Below, in pieces: positions 1 through 8,934 of a stretch of 32,000 bases of DNA. The position numbers and the translations under genes are program-made. Position 1 is the first letter of the stretch. Each line of letters opens with the position of its first letter. The notes beneath the pieces are model-generated. The model had not been told where the DNA came from and did not search any database. It saw only the letters and a program-made list of their open reading frames with translations. The stretch comes from Gemmata obscuriglobus (GTDB taxonomy: Bacteria > Planctomycetota > Planctomycetia > Gemmatales > Gemmataceae), in NCBI RefSeq assembly GCF_008065095.1, contig NZ_CP042911.1:3600001-3632000 (forward strand), in the 5' to 3' direction.

Positions 1-280
1 CAGCGCGAGGAACTTCATGGGGCGTTTCCTGGCCTGGAGGCCCGTTGCCGGTGGCACTGTTAGCAAGCGACCGCACCACACGACCGCTGGGGAAAATTGA
101 ACAGGACCGACGCGATGAGTGAGATGCGAGGGGCCGGAGGCGGGCCGCTCTCGCTCATCTCTCACCCGTGGATCCGGTCTGCCACCGTCTTCGGTTCCGC
201 CACTGTGCAGCTACAGGCCGAGGGGAACAAGCCCATTTTCATCCTGATTCGTGAACCCATCTGCGGTGTCGCTTTTGTTG

Positions 281-347
281 TTGACGAGCCGCGACCGCCA
301 GGGAGCGGGGTAAGTGGCTCCGCTCCCTGGCGGTCGCGGCTCGTCAA
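281..347. repeat. 28-bp perfect inverted repeat (hairpin or cruciform) with an 11-nt loop
   Basis: TTGACGAGCCGCGACCGCCAGGGAGCGG (281-308) is the exact reverse complement of 320-347. The loop is GGTAAGTGGCT. It lies 41 nt downstream of the stop of the minus-strand CDS 389..943. No U-tract follows it on either strand, so it is not a canonical intrinsic terminator. Confidence 0.85.
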
Positions 348-388
348 GAAAGCGGCCGTGTTACCGGGTACGCGTACGAGTTCAGGCA

Positions 389-943
389 TCAGGGGCGTTC
401 CAGCACCCACACGGGCGGGCCGTCGGGCGCGTCGAACGCCGCCGGGCGCGGGCTCGGGTCGGGCGCGACGACCACCCTGGCGGTTCCGTCCGAGAACGCG
501 TAAATCCCGCGCAACACGAACGCGGACGGCTGATCGTCGGGGCCGATTAGCGCGAGGTCGAGTTCCTTCGGGTTCGCTTCGGGGCGGAGCGTGAGCCGGT
601 ACCGCTTCTGCTCCTGCTCGCCGACGAGGTACACCCACCGGTCGCCGGTGATCCGCACCGTCACCGGGAGCCGGGTCTCGCGCCCGTTCGGGGCGAGGAG
701 CCACACGCCCTGGAGCCGTTCGGCGTCGTCCCGGGGTTCAAGAGACCGGAGCGCGAAGTACCCGACGGCGCCTGCGGCGAGCCCCAGCACCACGAGGCCG
801 ATACCCCAAAACCGCTTTCCGGAGGACGGCCGGGGAGGGCCGACCGGCGGGCGTGCGGAACCGGTGCCGGCTTGCGAAAGCCGTTCTTCCCCCTTCGCTT
901 CGGTTGGGGGTGCCGGGGGTGTCGGTTCTTCAGCCACGCTCAT
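389..943 (-). CDS. membrane-anchored protein with a TIGR03067-like (planctomycete lipocalin-like) C-terminal domain
   Basis: ORF 389..1045 trimmed to the Met at 943, whose ATG overlaps the TGA of the upstream DUF58 gene (ATGA at 940-943). It has a Pro-rich N-terminus and one TM helix (FWGIGLVVLGLAAGAVGYFAL). The C-terminal part follows the pattern LQGVWLL...ITGDRWVY...NPKELDL...GIYAF.DG...RP..F, typical of TIGR03067 domains. Confidence 0.6.
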   Translation of the reverse strand: MSVAEEPTPPAPPTEAKGEERLSQAGTGSARPPVGPPRPSSGKRFWGIGLVVLGLAAGAVGYFALRSLEPRDDAERLQGVWLLAPNGRETRLPVTVRITGDRWVYLVGEQEQKRYRLTLRPEANPKELDLALIGPDDQPSAFVLRGIYAFSDGTARVVVAPDPSPRPAAFDAPDGPPVWVLERP

Positions 944-1830
944 TTGCGTCCCATTTGCAGCCGGCGCACGAGGTATTCCGACAGCGCCACCTCGAGCGGT
1001 CGGTTCGTGAGCATCTTGACGTAGTCTACGCCGGCCCGGTCGCAACCGGCCTGGATGTCCGCGAGGTACCGCTTCACCACCCGCAGGTACGCCGGGCGCA
1101 ACAGTTGCGGGCGCGTCCGCAACTCCTCCGCGCCCTCCAACCCGACGAACCGGATGTTCCCGTCCAACGGGAAATTCACCTCGTCCGGGTGAAGCACGTG
1201 GAACAGGATCACCTCGTGCCCGCGGAACCGCAGGTGGCGTAGCCCTTCCAGAATGGGTTCAAGGTCTTCGAGGCAGTCGGAGATCAGGCACACGATCCCG
1301 CGGCGGCCGAGCCGGTCCGCGACCTCGCCGAGCAGCGGGCCGATGCGGGTACGGTCCCGCGGCTCCGTCCCTTCCAGCGTGTGGGTGATCGCGTTGATGT
1401 GCGCGAGGGACGAACTCGCCGGCAGCTCCGCGACCCAGCCGGTGTTGAAAATGCGGAGGCTGACGGTGTCGCGCTGGCGAACCGTCAGGTACGCCAGCGA
1501 CGCCGCGAGCAGTTTCGCGAACGCCAGCTTGTTCGCGTCCCCGCGGCCGTACCGCATCGAGTTGCTGCCGTCGAGCAGCAGGTGGCACAGGAAGTTGGTT
1601 TCCTGCTCGTACTGCTTGATGGTGTACCGCTCGCTGCGCCCGTAGCCCTTCCAGTCGATGTGCCGGATGTCGTCGCCGGGCACGTACTCGCGGTGCTGCA
1701 CAAACTCGACCGAGAACCCCTTGAACGGGCTCTTGTGGTCGCCCACGCGCAGCCCCTCCACCACCTGCCGGGCTTTCAAACCCAGGGCTTCGGCGCGGGC
1801 CAGGACTCGGGGATCGAGGTAGGTCGGCAT
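940..1830 (-). CDS. DUF58 domain protein (MoxR-associated, vWA-like)
   Basis: 296-aa ORF. It contains the DUF58 signature FKGFSVEFVQHREYVPGDDIRHIDWKGYGRSERYTIKQYEQETN and lies immediately downstream of a MoxR ATPase, the classic pairing. Confidence 0.85.
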   Translation of the reverse strand: MPTYLDPRVLARAEALGLKARQVVEGLRVGDHKSPFKGFSVEFVQHREYVPGDDIRHIDWKGYGRSERYTIKQYEQETNFLCHLLLDGSNSMRYGRGDANKLAFAKLLAASLAYLTVRQRDTVSLRIFNTGWVAELPASSSLAHINAITHTLEGTEPRDRTRIGPLLGEVADRLGRRGIVCLISDCLEDLEPILEGLRHLRFRGHEVILFHVLHPDEVNFPLDGNIRFVGLEGAEELRTRPQLLRPAYLRVVKRYLADIQAGCDRAGVDYVKMLTNRPLEVALSEYLVRRLQMGRK

Positions 1831-1840
1831 TTTAGGATTG

Positions 1841-1943
1841 CGGAATGCGGAGCGCGGAATTCGGAATCAGAAGCACACCGGCGCGGAAGCGAACGCAGTT
1901 CGGATTCCTAGCTTTCGTTCCGAATTCCGTGTTCCGCATTCCG
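1841..1943. repeat. long imperfect inverted repeat in the moxR-DUF58 spacer (26-nt arms, 51-nt loop) built from CGGAAT/ATTCCG units
   Basis: CGGAATGCGGAGCGCGGAATTCGGAA (1841-1866) pairs with TTCCGAATTCCGTGTTCCGCATTCCG (1918-1943). There are two arm mismatches, both G-T when read on the plus strand. Confidence 0.75.
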
Positions 1944-1949
1944 GGTTCG

Positions 1950-2963
1950 TCAGGCGGCCACCGCCTTGGCGGCAGTTTTGACCAACCGACGGATCACCTC
2001 GTCCACCGTGACGCCCTCGCTCTGGGCCGCGAAGTTGAGGATGAGTCGGTGCCGCAGGATCGGCGTCGCCACCGCGACCACGTCGTCGCCGGCGACGTGG
2101 TTCGACCCGCGGAGCAGGGCGTGGGCCTTCGCGGCCAAGATCAGGTTCATGCTGGCGCGGGGTCCGGCGCCCCAGGTGAGCCACTTGTGGACGAACTCGG
2201 CCGCCTCCGGCGTTCCGGGGCGCGACAGCCGGGTGATCCGCTTCGCAAAGTCGAACACCTTGTCCGATACCGGCACCCGCCGGACGATCTGTTGGAGGCC
2301 GATGATGTCTTCCGCGTTGAGCACCGGCTCGACCTTCACCTTCGTGTCCGCGGTGCCCATCCGCATGATCTGTTCTTCCTCGTCGGCGGTCGGGTAATCG
2401 ACCTTGATGAGGAACAGGAACCGGTCGAGCTGGGCCTCGGGAAGGGGGTAGGTGCCTTCTTGCTCGATGGGGTTCTGGGTGGCGAGCACGAAGAACGGGG
2501 CGCGCATCGGGTGGTCGGAGCCGCCGATGCTGACCTTGCGCTCCTGCATCGCTTCGAGCAGCGCGGCCTGCGTCTTGGGCGGGGTGCGGTTGATCTCGTC
2601 CGCAAGCACGATGTTCGCGAAGATCGGCCCGGCCATGAACTTGAACATCCGCTCCCGGGTCACCGGGTCGTCCTGAATCACTTCGGAACCGGTGATGTCG
2701 GACGGCATCAGGTCGGGGGTGAACTGGATGCGCTTGAAGCCGAGATCGAGCGCCTGCGCCAGCGTTGACACCATCAGCGTCTTTGCGAGCCCGGGTACGC
2801 CCATCAGGAGCGCATGGCTGCGGCAGAAGATTGCCATCAGTAGTTCATCGAGCACCTTTTCCTGACCGACCACGACCTTGGCGATCTCACGCTTGAGCTT
2901 CTGGTGCGCGGCGCGGAGCCTCTCGATCATTTCAACGTCGTTTTCCGCACTGTTGGCGCTCAT
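1950..2963 (-). CDS. moxR: MoxR-family AAA+ ATPase
   Basis: ORF 1950..3038 trimmed to MSANSAEND at 2963. Walker A is GVPGLAKT and Walker B is VLADEINR. There is a conserved MoxR C-terminal region (GAGPRASMNLILAAKAHALLRG...ATPILRHRL). Confidence 0.9.
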   Translation of the reverse strand: MSANSAENDVEMIERLRAAHQKLKREIAKVVVGQEKVLDELLMAIFCRSHALLMGVPGLAKTLMVSTLAQALDLGFKRIQFTPDLMPSDITGSEVIQDDPVTRERMFKFMAGPIFANIVLADEINRTPPKTQAALLEAMQERKVSIGGSDHPMRAPFFVLATQNPIEQEGTYPLPEAQLDRFLFLIKVDYPTADEEEQIMRMGTADTKVKVEPVLNAEDIIGLQQIVRRVPVSDKVFDFAKRITRLSRPGTPEAAEFVHKWLTWGAGPRASMNLILAAKAHALLRGSNHVAGDDVVAVATPILRHRLILNFAAQSEGVTVDEVIRRLVKTAAKAVAA

Positions 2964-3585
2964 GTTCACGGGGATCGAGGTTGAGGGGGAGCGTCGGAGG
3001 AGTTCGGGGCCGACGGGCAGGAGCAATCGTACCCGCACCCGGCGGACCGACGCAACGCATTAAACTCCCCGAACGCGCGAAAGTGTCGCGGGTCGAGGAT
3101 GTAGGTCGCGGGGCGTGGGGCTCGCTCGACCCTTGTGAGGCGCTGAAATGCGGACTGATTTTGTGCGACTGAAGCGGGCTGGTCGGTGCTGCGCTGTCAC
3201 CCCCGTTACAGCGCGGCCCGGTCGTCATCCGGCGGGGCGCCGACTGGCCGACCGCTACCAACCGACTGGCGATTCGCTGGGTGATCGCTACCCGCGAAAG
3301 CGCACGGCCCAATCGTCAGATTCGGCAGATGGAGCAACCCCGCTCGGCCGCATCTATGAGCTGGTGTCGTCTTGCAAAACGTTGCAGTGCAGAAGCTTAT
3401 GGGCGCCAACACGCGAGCAGATAGCGCCGATTCGGGGGCGACCATCTGTCTTCGATGGCCCCGCTCGGCGAGGCCGGACAGTTCCAGAACTACCAAACAG
3501 TGAAAATAGGTGCGGAAAATGCCGGATGCGCCGACGAAGCCGCGCGTCGGCGCATCCGGTGACTGCTCGTGAGCCGGGCGTGCCG

Positions 3586-4569
3586 TCACTCTTCGAAGCC
3601 GTTCGGGTGGGTCTTGTGCCACCGCCACGCGGTCTCGAGGATCGCGGTCAGCGTGTCATACTTGGCCGACCAGCCGAGTTCGCGCGCGATCTTGCCGGCG
3701 TCCGCGACGAGTGCGGGCGGGTCGCCAGCGCGGCGCGGCTCTTCCTTGACCGGCACCTTCAGACCGGTGACCTGTTCCACCGCGGCGATCACCTCGCGCA
3801 CGCTGTACCCGCGCCCGAGTCCCACGTTGTACTGCAGTTTCGACCCCGGCCCGATCTTGTCGAGCGCGAGGATGTGCGCACGAGCGAGGTCGTCCACGTG
3901 GATGTAGTCGCGGACGCACGTGCCGTCGGGCGTGGGGTAGTCGGTGCCGAACACGGAGACGTGCGGGATCTTGCCGGTCGCGGCCCGGAACACCAGCGGG
4001 ATCAGGTGCGTTTCCGGGTCGTGGCTTTCACCGATGGTGCCGTCTTCGGCCGCGCCCGCGGCGTTGAAGTACCGCAGGGCGCAGTACCCGAACGGGTACG
4101 CGGCGGCGTAGTCCGCCAGCGCGTGCTCGAACGCCAGCTTGCTGTTCCCGTAAGGGTTCACCGGCCGCTGCGGGGCGGTCTCGGCGATCGGCACCGCGTC
4201 GGGAACGCCGTAAGTGGCACAGGTGCTGGAGAAGACGAACTTCTGCACCCCGTTGCGGCGGCACCGGTCGAGCAGTTGCAGCGAGTAGATGAGGTTGTTC
4301 GTGTAGTACTTGGCGGGGCTGGTGACGGACTCGCCGACGTAGGCGTAGGCCGCGAAGTGGATGACCGCTTCGATCCGGTTCACCACGAGCAGGTTGTCGA
4401 CGTGGTCGATGTCGCGGAGGTTGCCGACCACAAGGTTCACGTCGGGGACGGCCCGGCGGTGACCGTATTCGAGGCTGTCGAACACCGTAACCTCGTGTCC
4501 GCCGGCGAGCAACTGCCGAACGGTGTGCGAGCCGATGTACCCGGCCCCACCGGTGACCAGAATGCGCAT
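3586..4569 (-). CDS. galE: UDP-glucose 4-epimerase
   Basis: ORF 3586..4956 trimmed to MRILVTGGAGYIGSH (GxxGxxG Rossmann motif). The YxxxK catalytic motif is present (PYGNSKLAFE), along with a conserved VRDYIHVDDLA block. Length from this start is 327 aa. An alternative start lies 18 nt upstream at 4587. Confidence 0.9.
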   Translation of the reverse strand: MRILVTGGAGYIGSHTVRQLLAGGHEVTVFDSLEYGHRRAVPDVNLVVGNLRDIDHVDNLLVVNRIEAVIHFAAYAYVGESVTSPAKYYTNNLIYSLQLLDRCRRNGVQKFVFSSTCATYGVPDAVPIAETAPQRPVNPYGNSKLAFEHALADYAAAYPFGYCALRYFNAAGAAEDGTIGESHDPETHLIPLVFRAATGKIPHVSVFGTDYPTPDGTCVRDYIHVDDLARAHILALDKIGPGSKLQYNVGLGRGYSVREVIAAVEQVTGLKVPVKEEPRRAGDPPALVADAGKIARELGWSAKYDTLTAILETAWRWHKTHPNGFEE

Positions 4570-4712
4570 GAGGGGTTTGCCTTTCATCTGTCGGTCTTCG
4601 CTGTCTGTCTTAGCCGCCGGGGCGGAATGCTCAACACCACCTGCGCCACGCACCTTCGCGCCGGGCCGCGGTTCCGGGTACAATCCCGTCGTCAAACACA
4701 GAAGGAACGACC

Positions 4713-6173
4713 GTGCCTGACCGTGCCGCACTGCTGATCGCCGTCGAAACGTTCTTTGAGGCCGGGCCGCTGGTCCAGTACGCCGCGGCCGACTGCGCCG
4801 AACTGCACCGCGCGCTCCCGGCCGCCGGGTACGCGCCGGAGCGGTGTACGCTCTTGGCCGCGCACCGGACCACCAAGGCCGTGATCGAGGCCACCTTGAA
4901 GCGTTTGCCGAAGGTCGCCGGCGACGCCGAGTCGCTGTTCGTGCTGGTGGTGTCACGCGGGTTTAACGTGAAGGGGCGCGGGTACATCGCCTGCGCCGAC
5001 ACCATCGCCCCCGACCCGCTCGAAACCTCCATTCCCGTGGCGGAGTTCCTGACCGCGGTGAGCAAGGTGAAGGCCAAAGAGGTGACGGTGTGCTTCGACA
5101 TCGACCCGCTTCAGTGGAGTGAAAACAAGTTACTTCATCCCGGATTGGACGACGCGGAGCTGGCCGCGCTGTTTGAGAAGTCTCCCAAGTGCGTCGGACT
5201 GACGGCGTGCGCCGAGGGCGAGCGCTCGTTCGAATCGGCCCAACTGCGGCACGGCATCTGGCGGCATCACCTGATCGAGGCGCTCACGGGGAAGACGCGA
5301 ACCGGGGTCGGCAAGGACGGGACGCTCACGGCCGCGGCGCTGCACGAGTTTCTGGCCGATGCCGTCCCCCGGACCCTGCGCCGGACCTACGAAACGCAGC
5401 AAGAGCAAAACCCGACGCTGTACGGCGAGGCCAACGCCTCGGTGACCGTGGCCGAACTGGAAAAGGTGCTCGGACCGGGCGGGGACCTGCTCGACCCGGC
5501 ACGCATGAAGCGGGTGGTGTTCCGCTCGGAGAGCCTGAGCGAGGTGAAGAACCTCGACGGCTACCGGAAGGGGCAGCCCGTTCCCGACCGCGCGAACGAG
5601 TGGGCCCGGAAGTACGTGAACCGCGTCGCGGCGCCCGACATCAAGCTCGACCTCGACAACACGTTCGAAATGGTCCGCGAGATGTTCGGCTACAAGCGGA
5701 AGGACCTGGACGTGTCTGCGGAGCGCGACGGGCTGGGGTACATTCGCACGCCGGACTTCGAGTACACCGTGACCGTGAGCGTGAGCGAAGAGGACCCGTC
5801 GGAGGTGCTGTGGCGGCGGGAGGTGAGCCGGCTCTCGGGGCCGGAGTTCGTCCGCAGCGAGGGGTTCCGTAACGTGTTCGGGACGATGTTCGACCGGCTG
5901 GTATTCGAGTTCGCCAGTGCGGTCGATGTGGCGGACTTCGTGGACCGGATCGAAGACGCGCCGCCGGAAGGCGTGAAGGTGACGGTCGCGAGCGACTCCG
6001 GCGCCGCGGTGATCGCGCTGGCCGGCTTCGGGGGCAAGATCAGCGTGAACCGCGACGCGGTGGTGATCCAGGGGCAGACGGGGAACCCGTCGAGCCTGCT
6101 GGAGCAGTTCCTGGTGTTCCTGCGAAAGTTCGGCGCGCTGGGGGAGCCGAAGGCGCTCACGAGCGGCGGGTGA
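4713..6173 (+). CDS. caspase-fold (peptidase C14-like) domain protein, apparently without the catalytic His/Cys, plus an uncharacterised C-terminal domain
   Basis: GTG start at 4713 preceded by GAAGGA (4701-4706). The N-terminal 230 aa follow the bacterial caspase-domain layout: ALLIAV...Y..A..DC..L...L...G, then LFVLVVSRGF where FSGHG is expected, VTVCFDID where LDxC is expected, then LTACAEGERSFE...HGIWRHHLIEALTG...DGTLTAAALHEFL. Confidence 0.6.
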   Translation: MPDRAALLIAVETFFEAGPLVQYAAADCAELHRALPAAGYAPERCTLLAAHRTTKAVIEATLKRLPKVAGDAESLFVLVVSRGFNVKGRGYIACADTIAPDPLETSIPVAEFLTAVSKVKAKEVTVCFDIDPLQWSENKLLHPGLDDAELAALFEKSPKCVGLTACAEGERSFESAQLRHGIWRHHLIEALTGKTRTGVGKDGTLTAAALHEFLADAVPRTLRRTYETQQEQNPTLYGEANASVTVAELEKVLGPGGDLLDPARMKRVVFRSESLSEVKNLDGYRKGQPVPDRANEWARKYVNRVAAPDIKLDLDNTFEMVREMFGYKRKDLDVSAERDGLGYIRTPDFEYTVTVSVSEEDPSEVLWRREVSRLSGPEFVRSEGFRNVFGTMFDRLVFEFASAVDVADFVDRIEDAPPEGVKVTVASDSGAAVIALAGFGGKISVNRDAVVIQGQTGNPSSLLEQFLVFLRKFGALGEPKALTSGG

Positions 6174-6174
6174 C

Positions 6175-6633
6175 TCACTCCGGCGCCCGGCGGTGGTAGA
6201 CGATGAGCGGCCCGTCCTTCGGCACGAACGCGGTCGGGCGCACGCTCTCGACGCGCTGCACCTGCCCGCCCCGCAGGACCAGCGGGGGGGAGCCGATGCA
6301 CACCCGCATCCGGTTCGCGCTGCTGAGTTCGTAAATGGCCCGCACGGTGAGCCGCATGCCGTCGCTGTTGGTGTACGTCAGGTCCAGGTGCTTTGGGGAT
6401 TTCGTTTCGTCGAGCGCGTACTCGAAGTCTTCGAACGTGTCGCCCTGGAACTGCTCCGACCACGTGCCCTCGGAGACCAGTGCGTGCTTGCGGCGCTGGC
6501 TGCGGTCCTCGGTCGCGGTGGGCGACTCGAAGTCGACCACGACCCACTCGCCCAGGACCTGCTCGGCGTCGGGGGCCGGCGGTTCACCGCAACCGCTCAT
6601 CAGGGCCGCGGTGATGAGAATGACGCGCTTCAT
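6175..6633 (-). CDS. lipoprotein with a TIGR03067-like domain
   Basis: Signal peptide with lipobox (MKRVILITAALMSGC). The domain pattern is LGEWVVV...SPKHLDLTY...AIYEL..N.MRVC...RPTAF, paralogous in architecture to CDS 389..943. It is convergent with CDS 4713..6173, with 1 nt between the two stop codons. Confidence 0.65.
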   Translation of the reverse strand: MKRVILITAALMSGCGEPPAPDAEQVLGEWVVVDFESPTATEDRSQRRKHALVSEGTWSEQFQGDTFEDFEYALDETKSPKHLDLTYTNSDGMRLTVRAIYELSSANRMRVCIGSPPLVLRGGQVQRVESVRPTAFVPKDGPLIVYHRRAPE

Positions 6634-7275
6634 GCGTGAACACTAGAGCGCGGTTTCACTCCTGCGGGGGCAGAATGTCGGGCTCAACTTGGTAATCGTT
6701 GGCGGTTGCACTGGTACTGTTGAAAAGTGCGCTTCCGGCCATAACTCCGTCCGCCAACCCAGGTGGCGGTATGTGCTTTTAAGTTCGATCTGCCCTCGGT
6801 AGACGGTCCGGATCAGACCGATGGAGAAGAGCAAATTGCTCACCTGGCCCGCTCGAACCGTAACGGGCGTGACGGTCAATTGATCCCGTAACTGAGTCCG
6901 CGTCGGCCATTGGTTCCTTCTCGCTCGCCGTCTCCGGCCCGACAGTGTTGTTCCTGTGAACCGACCAGGCACGCGACTGCTTATCTGTGAAACGTGTCGG
7001 TGCCGTCGGCCTCCTTGGCCGGGTCGTGGTCCGGGTTTGCGGCGTGCTCGATCCGATGGCGTCGATGACATCAGGACGGTCCGCCGTTGGCTCCCGAGCA
7101 GGACGTGAGGCTCTGAGATCAATCGTCGCTATGTGTGAACGTGACCGCGAACACGGCTATTGGTCACACCAACTCGTAGGTGCAGAGGCGATACCGTGTG
7201 GCACAAGAGGGCAAGACCGCCAAGTCAAAATGATGGGTACGGTAGCGGGATTGAGGGGGGCGAACAAACGCGCTC

Positions 7276-7343
7276 GTGGGCCGCATGGCATTTGCCGCAA
7301 TGGAGGTGGTAACCACCATTGACCGGCAACCCATGCGGCCCAC
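7276..7343. repeat. 68-nt imperfect hairpin (about 25 bp paired) inside a 780-bp apparently non-coding, lower-GC stretch
   Basis: GTGGGCCGCATGG (7276-7288) pairs with CCATGCGGCCCAC (7331-7343). Inner helices are TTGCCG (7292-7297) with CGGCAA (7324-7329), and CAATGG (7298-7303) with CCATTG (7316-7321). Confidence 0.7.
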
Positions 7344-7416
7344 ACTCAGAAGACGTGCTGAAAAGAATAGCCTTCGATTTCCGGGACCAGTCAAGGTAAC
7401 AGATCAGTGTCGCGAT

Positions 7417-7806
7417 TTAGTGGGCCGGTGCGACCGGTGCTGGCGCGACCGGCGTAACCGGTACTTGTTGTGGTGTGACCGGTACCGCCGGTACGCTCGG
7501 TGCTACCGCAGGTGCGTGTGCCGCCGCTGTTTGCTGGATCGCCGCTTCCGCACTCAGGGCCGCGGACGGGGGAAGTTCAGCTTGTCGAGCGACACGTCCC
7601 AGCGGACCCAAGATCAGGCCCAGGAACACGAAAGTGATACCGGTTAAAAACAGTCCAGCAAGCCAGAACCAATCCGTGTGGTCCAACGACCGGTCCTGAC
7701 CGCGGGTAAAGTACCACACGAGTGTCCACACGCACAGCAGGGCACCGCCGGTGACATAACCGAGTGCCGTTTTCGGCCCGAAGGCAGGGTGCGAGAGAAT
7801 GGGCAT
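7417..7806 (-). CDS. small membrane protein (2 TM helices) with a Pro/Ala/Val-rich C-terminal tail
   Basis: ORF 7417..7845 trimmed to MPILSHPAF at 7806, with GGAG 9 nt upstream. The hydrophobic helices are ALGYVTGGALLCVWTLVWYF and FWLAGLFLTGITFVFLGLILG. The C-terminus is a low-complexity PAV repeat. Confidence 0.5.
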   Translation of the reverse strand: MPILSHPAFGPKTALGYVTGGALLCVWTLVWYFTRGQDRSLDHTDWFWLAGLFLTGITFVFLGLILGPLGRVARQAELPPSAALSAEAAIQQTAAAHAPAVAPSVPAVPVTPQQVPVTPVAPAPVAPAH

Positions 7807-7978
7807 CGTCGTGACTCCGTAACGTCTCGTTTGGGTGAGGCGCAATCAGCCCCTTTCAAGGACGCGTGTGCAAATGCAACACCCGTGCCAGCGGATGTGA
7901 GATGTCTGGCACAGCGGTTGCGTGTAGCACCTTGCCCGACACTCCTGTCGGTGAAAGATGGATTCTGAAAGGGACGAA

Positions 7979-8389
7979 ATGCGGCTCACATACCTCGCAA
8001 CTGCGGCTCTGGTGGCTTTCGCGTTCGGTTGCAACAAGAGTCCTGAGGGCGGGACGCCGAACACGAACGCGAGTTTCAAGTTGTCGCTTCCCACCGCCAA
8101 AGACGTGAAGCAGGGCAACACTGAGAGCTACGATGCCAGCGTCGAGCGTGGGTCCGATTTCAAGAAAGACGTGAAGCTGTCCGTGGAAGGCAAGCCGGAG
8201 AAGCTGACGGTCAAACTGAGCAAGGATGCCATCAAGGCGGGTGACGGGGACACCAAATTCACCATTACCGTAACGCCGGACAAGGACGCACCGATTGGCA
8301 AACACGACGTCAAGATCGTCGGGACGCCGGACGGCGGCGGGACGCCCACGAGTCAAACGTTTTCGGTGACCGTGACCGAGAACAAGTAA
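7979..8389 (+). CDS. lipoprotein, beta-rich (Ig-like) mature domain
   Basis: ORF 7958..8389 trimmed to MRLTYLATAALVAFAFGC (signal peptide plus lipobox), with an AAAGGG SD upstream. The mature part has alternating beta-strand-like K/T/V repeats. It is followed by a strong terminator. Confidence 0.6.
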   Translation: MRLTYLATAALVAFAFGCNKSPEGGTPNTNASFKLSLPTAKDVKQGNTESYDASVERGSDFKKDVKLSVEGKPEKLTVKLSKDAIKAGDGDTKFTITVTPDKDAPIGKHDVKIVGTPDGGGTPTSQTFSVTVTENK

Positions 8390-8409
8390 GTGTGGATGGC
8401 CGTTCGCCC

Positions 8410-8442
8410 GCCCGCAGACTTCAACCGTCTGCGGGCGTTTTT
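8410..8442 (+). terminator. rho-independent terminator
   Basis: GCCCGCAGAC (8410-8419), TTCAACC loop, GTCTGCGGGC (8427-8436), followed by GTTTTT. Confidence 0.8.
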
Positions 8443-8460
8443 GCCCAAAGGAGTTACACC

Positions 8461-8922
8461 ATGCTGAACGCCGAAACCCACGAAGCGCTGGCGAGTGGCA
8501 CCGAGGTGATGAACGGGCTGCTCCGGCACGCTCTGTCGGCGGTCGAGACGTACACGCACGCGATCGGCCTGATCGAGGACCCGACGGCAATCATTGAGCT
8601 ACAGAAGATCCGTGACGGGCACCGGCGTGCCGAGCGCGAACTGCGCGAATGCGTGGTCCTCATGGGCGCCGTGCCGTCCCAGAACCCGGGGCCGTGGCCC
8701 GCGTTTAGCGCGACGGCCGCGCCGGGCACGAAGGCCGTGGGGTGCGCGTCCGTGCTCGCGGCGCTGCGGCAGTGCGAGGAGTACGCCATTGCCGTGTACG
8801 AGGACGCCGTGAACCACGAGGACATCCCCCCAGACGGGTACCGGCTCATCAGCGGGGAACTGTTGCCCGAGGTGAGGAAACACGTGGACGAGTTGAATCG
8901 GCTGCTCGGCGGCACGTGCTGA
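8461..8922 (+). CDS. PA2169/DUF2383-family four-helix-bundle (ferritin-like) protein
   Basis: ORF 8392..8922 trimmed to MLNAETHE at 8461, with AAAGGAG 6 nt upstream. The helical pattern (LLRHALSAVETYTHAI...IRDGHRRAERELRE...LRQCEEYAIAVYEDAV...EVRKHVDEL) matches this family. Confidence 0.65.
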   Translation: MLNAETHEALASGTEVMNGLLRHALSAVETYTHAIGLIEDPTAIIELQKIRDGHRRAERELRECVVLMGAVPSQNPGPWPAFSATAAPGTKAVGCASVLAALRQCEEYAIAVYEDAVNHEDIPPDGYRLISGELLPEVRKHVDELNRLLGGTC

Positions 8923-8934
8923 CCGGCGTTCACC

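Noticed and set aside
97-704. ORFs 97..594 (+) and 162..704 (-) at the left end.
   Set aside because: Both run through the 28-bp inverted repeat and overlap the better-supported CDS 389..943. Their translations are Arg/Pro-rich. The ATG on the minus strand at 16-18 (MKFLAL...) probably starts a leftward gene outside the window, but 18 nt is too little to call.
6643-7122. 159-aa minus-strand ORF in the lower-GC gap.
   Set aside because: It has an Arg-rich N-terminal half, no SD and no recognisable domain. It may be a pseudogene remnant, but I cannot support a CDS call.
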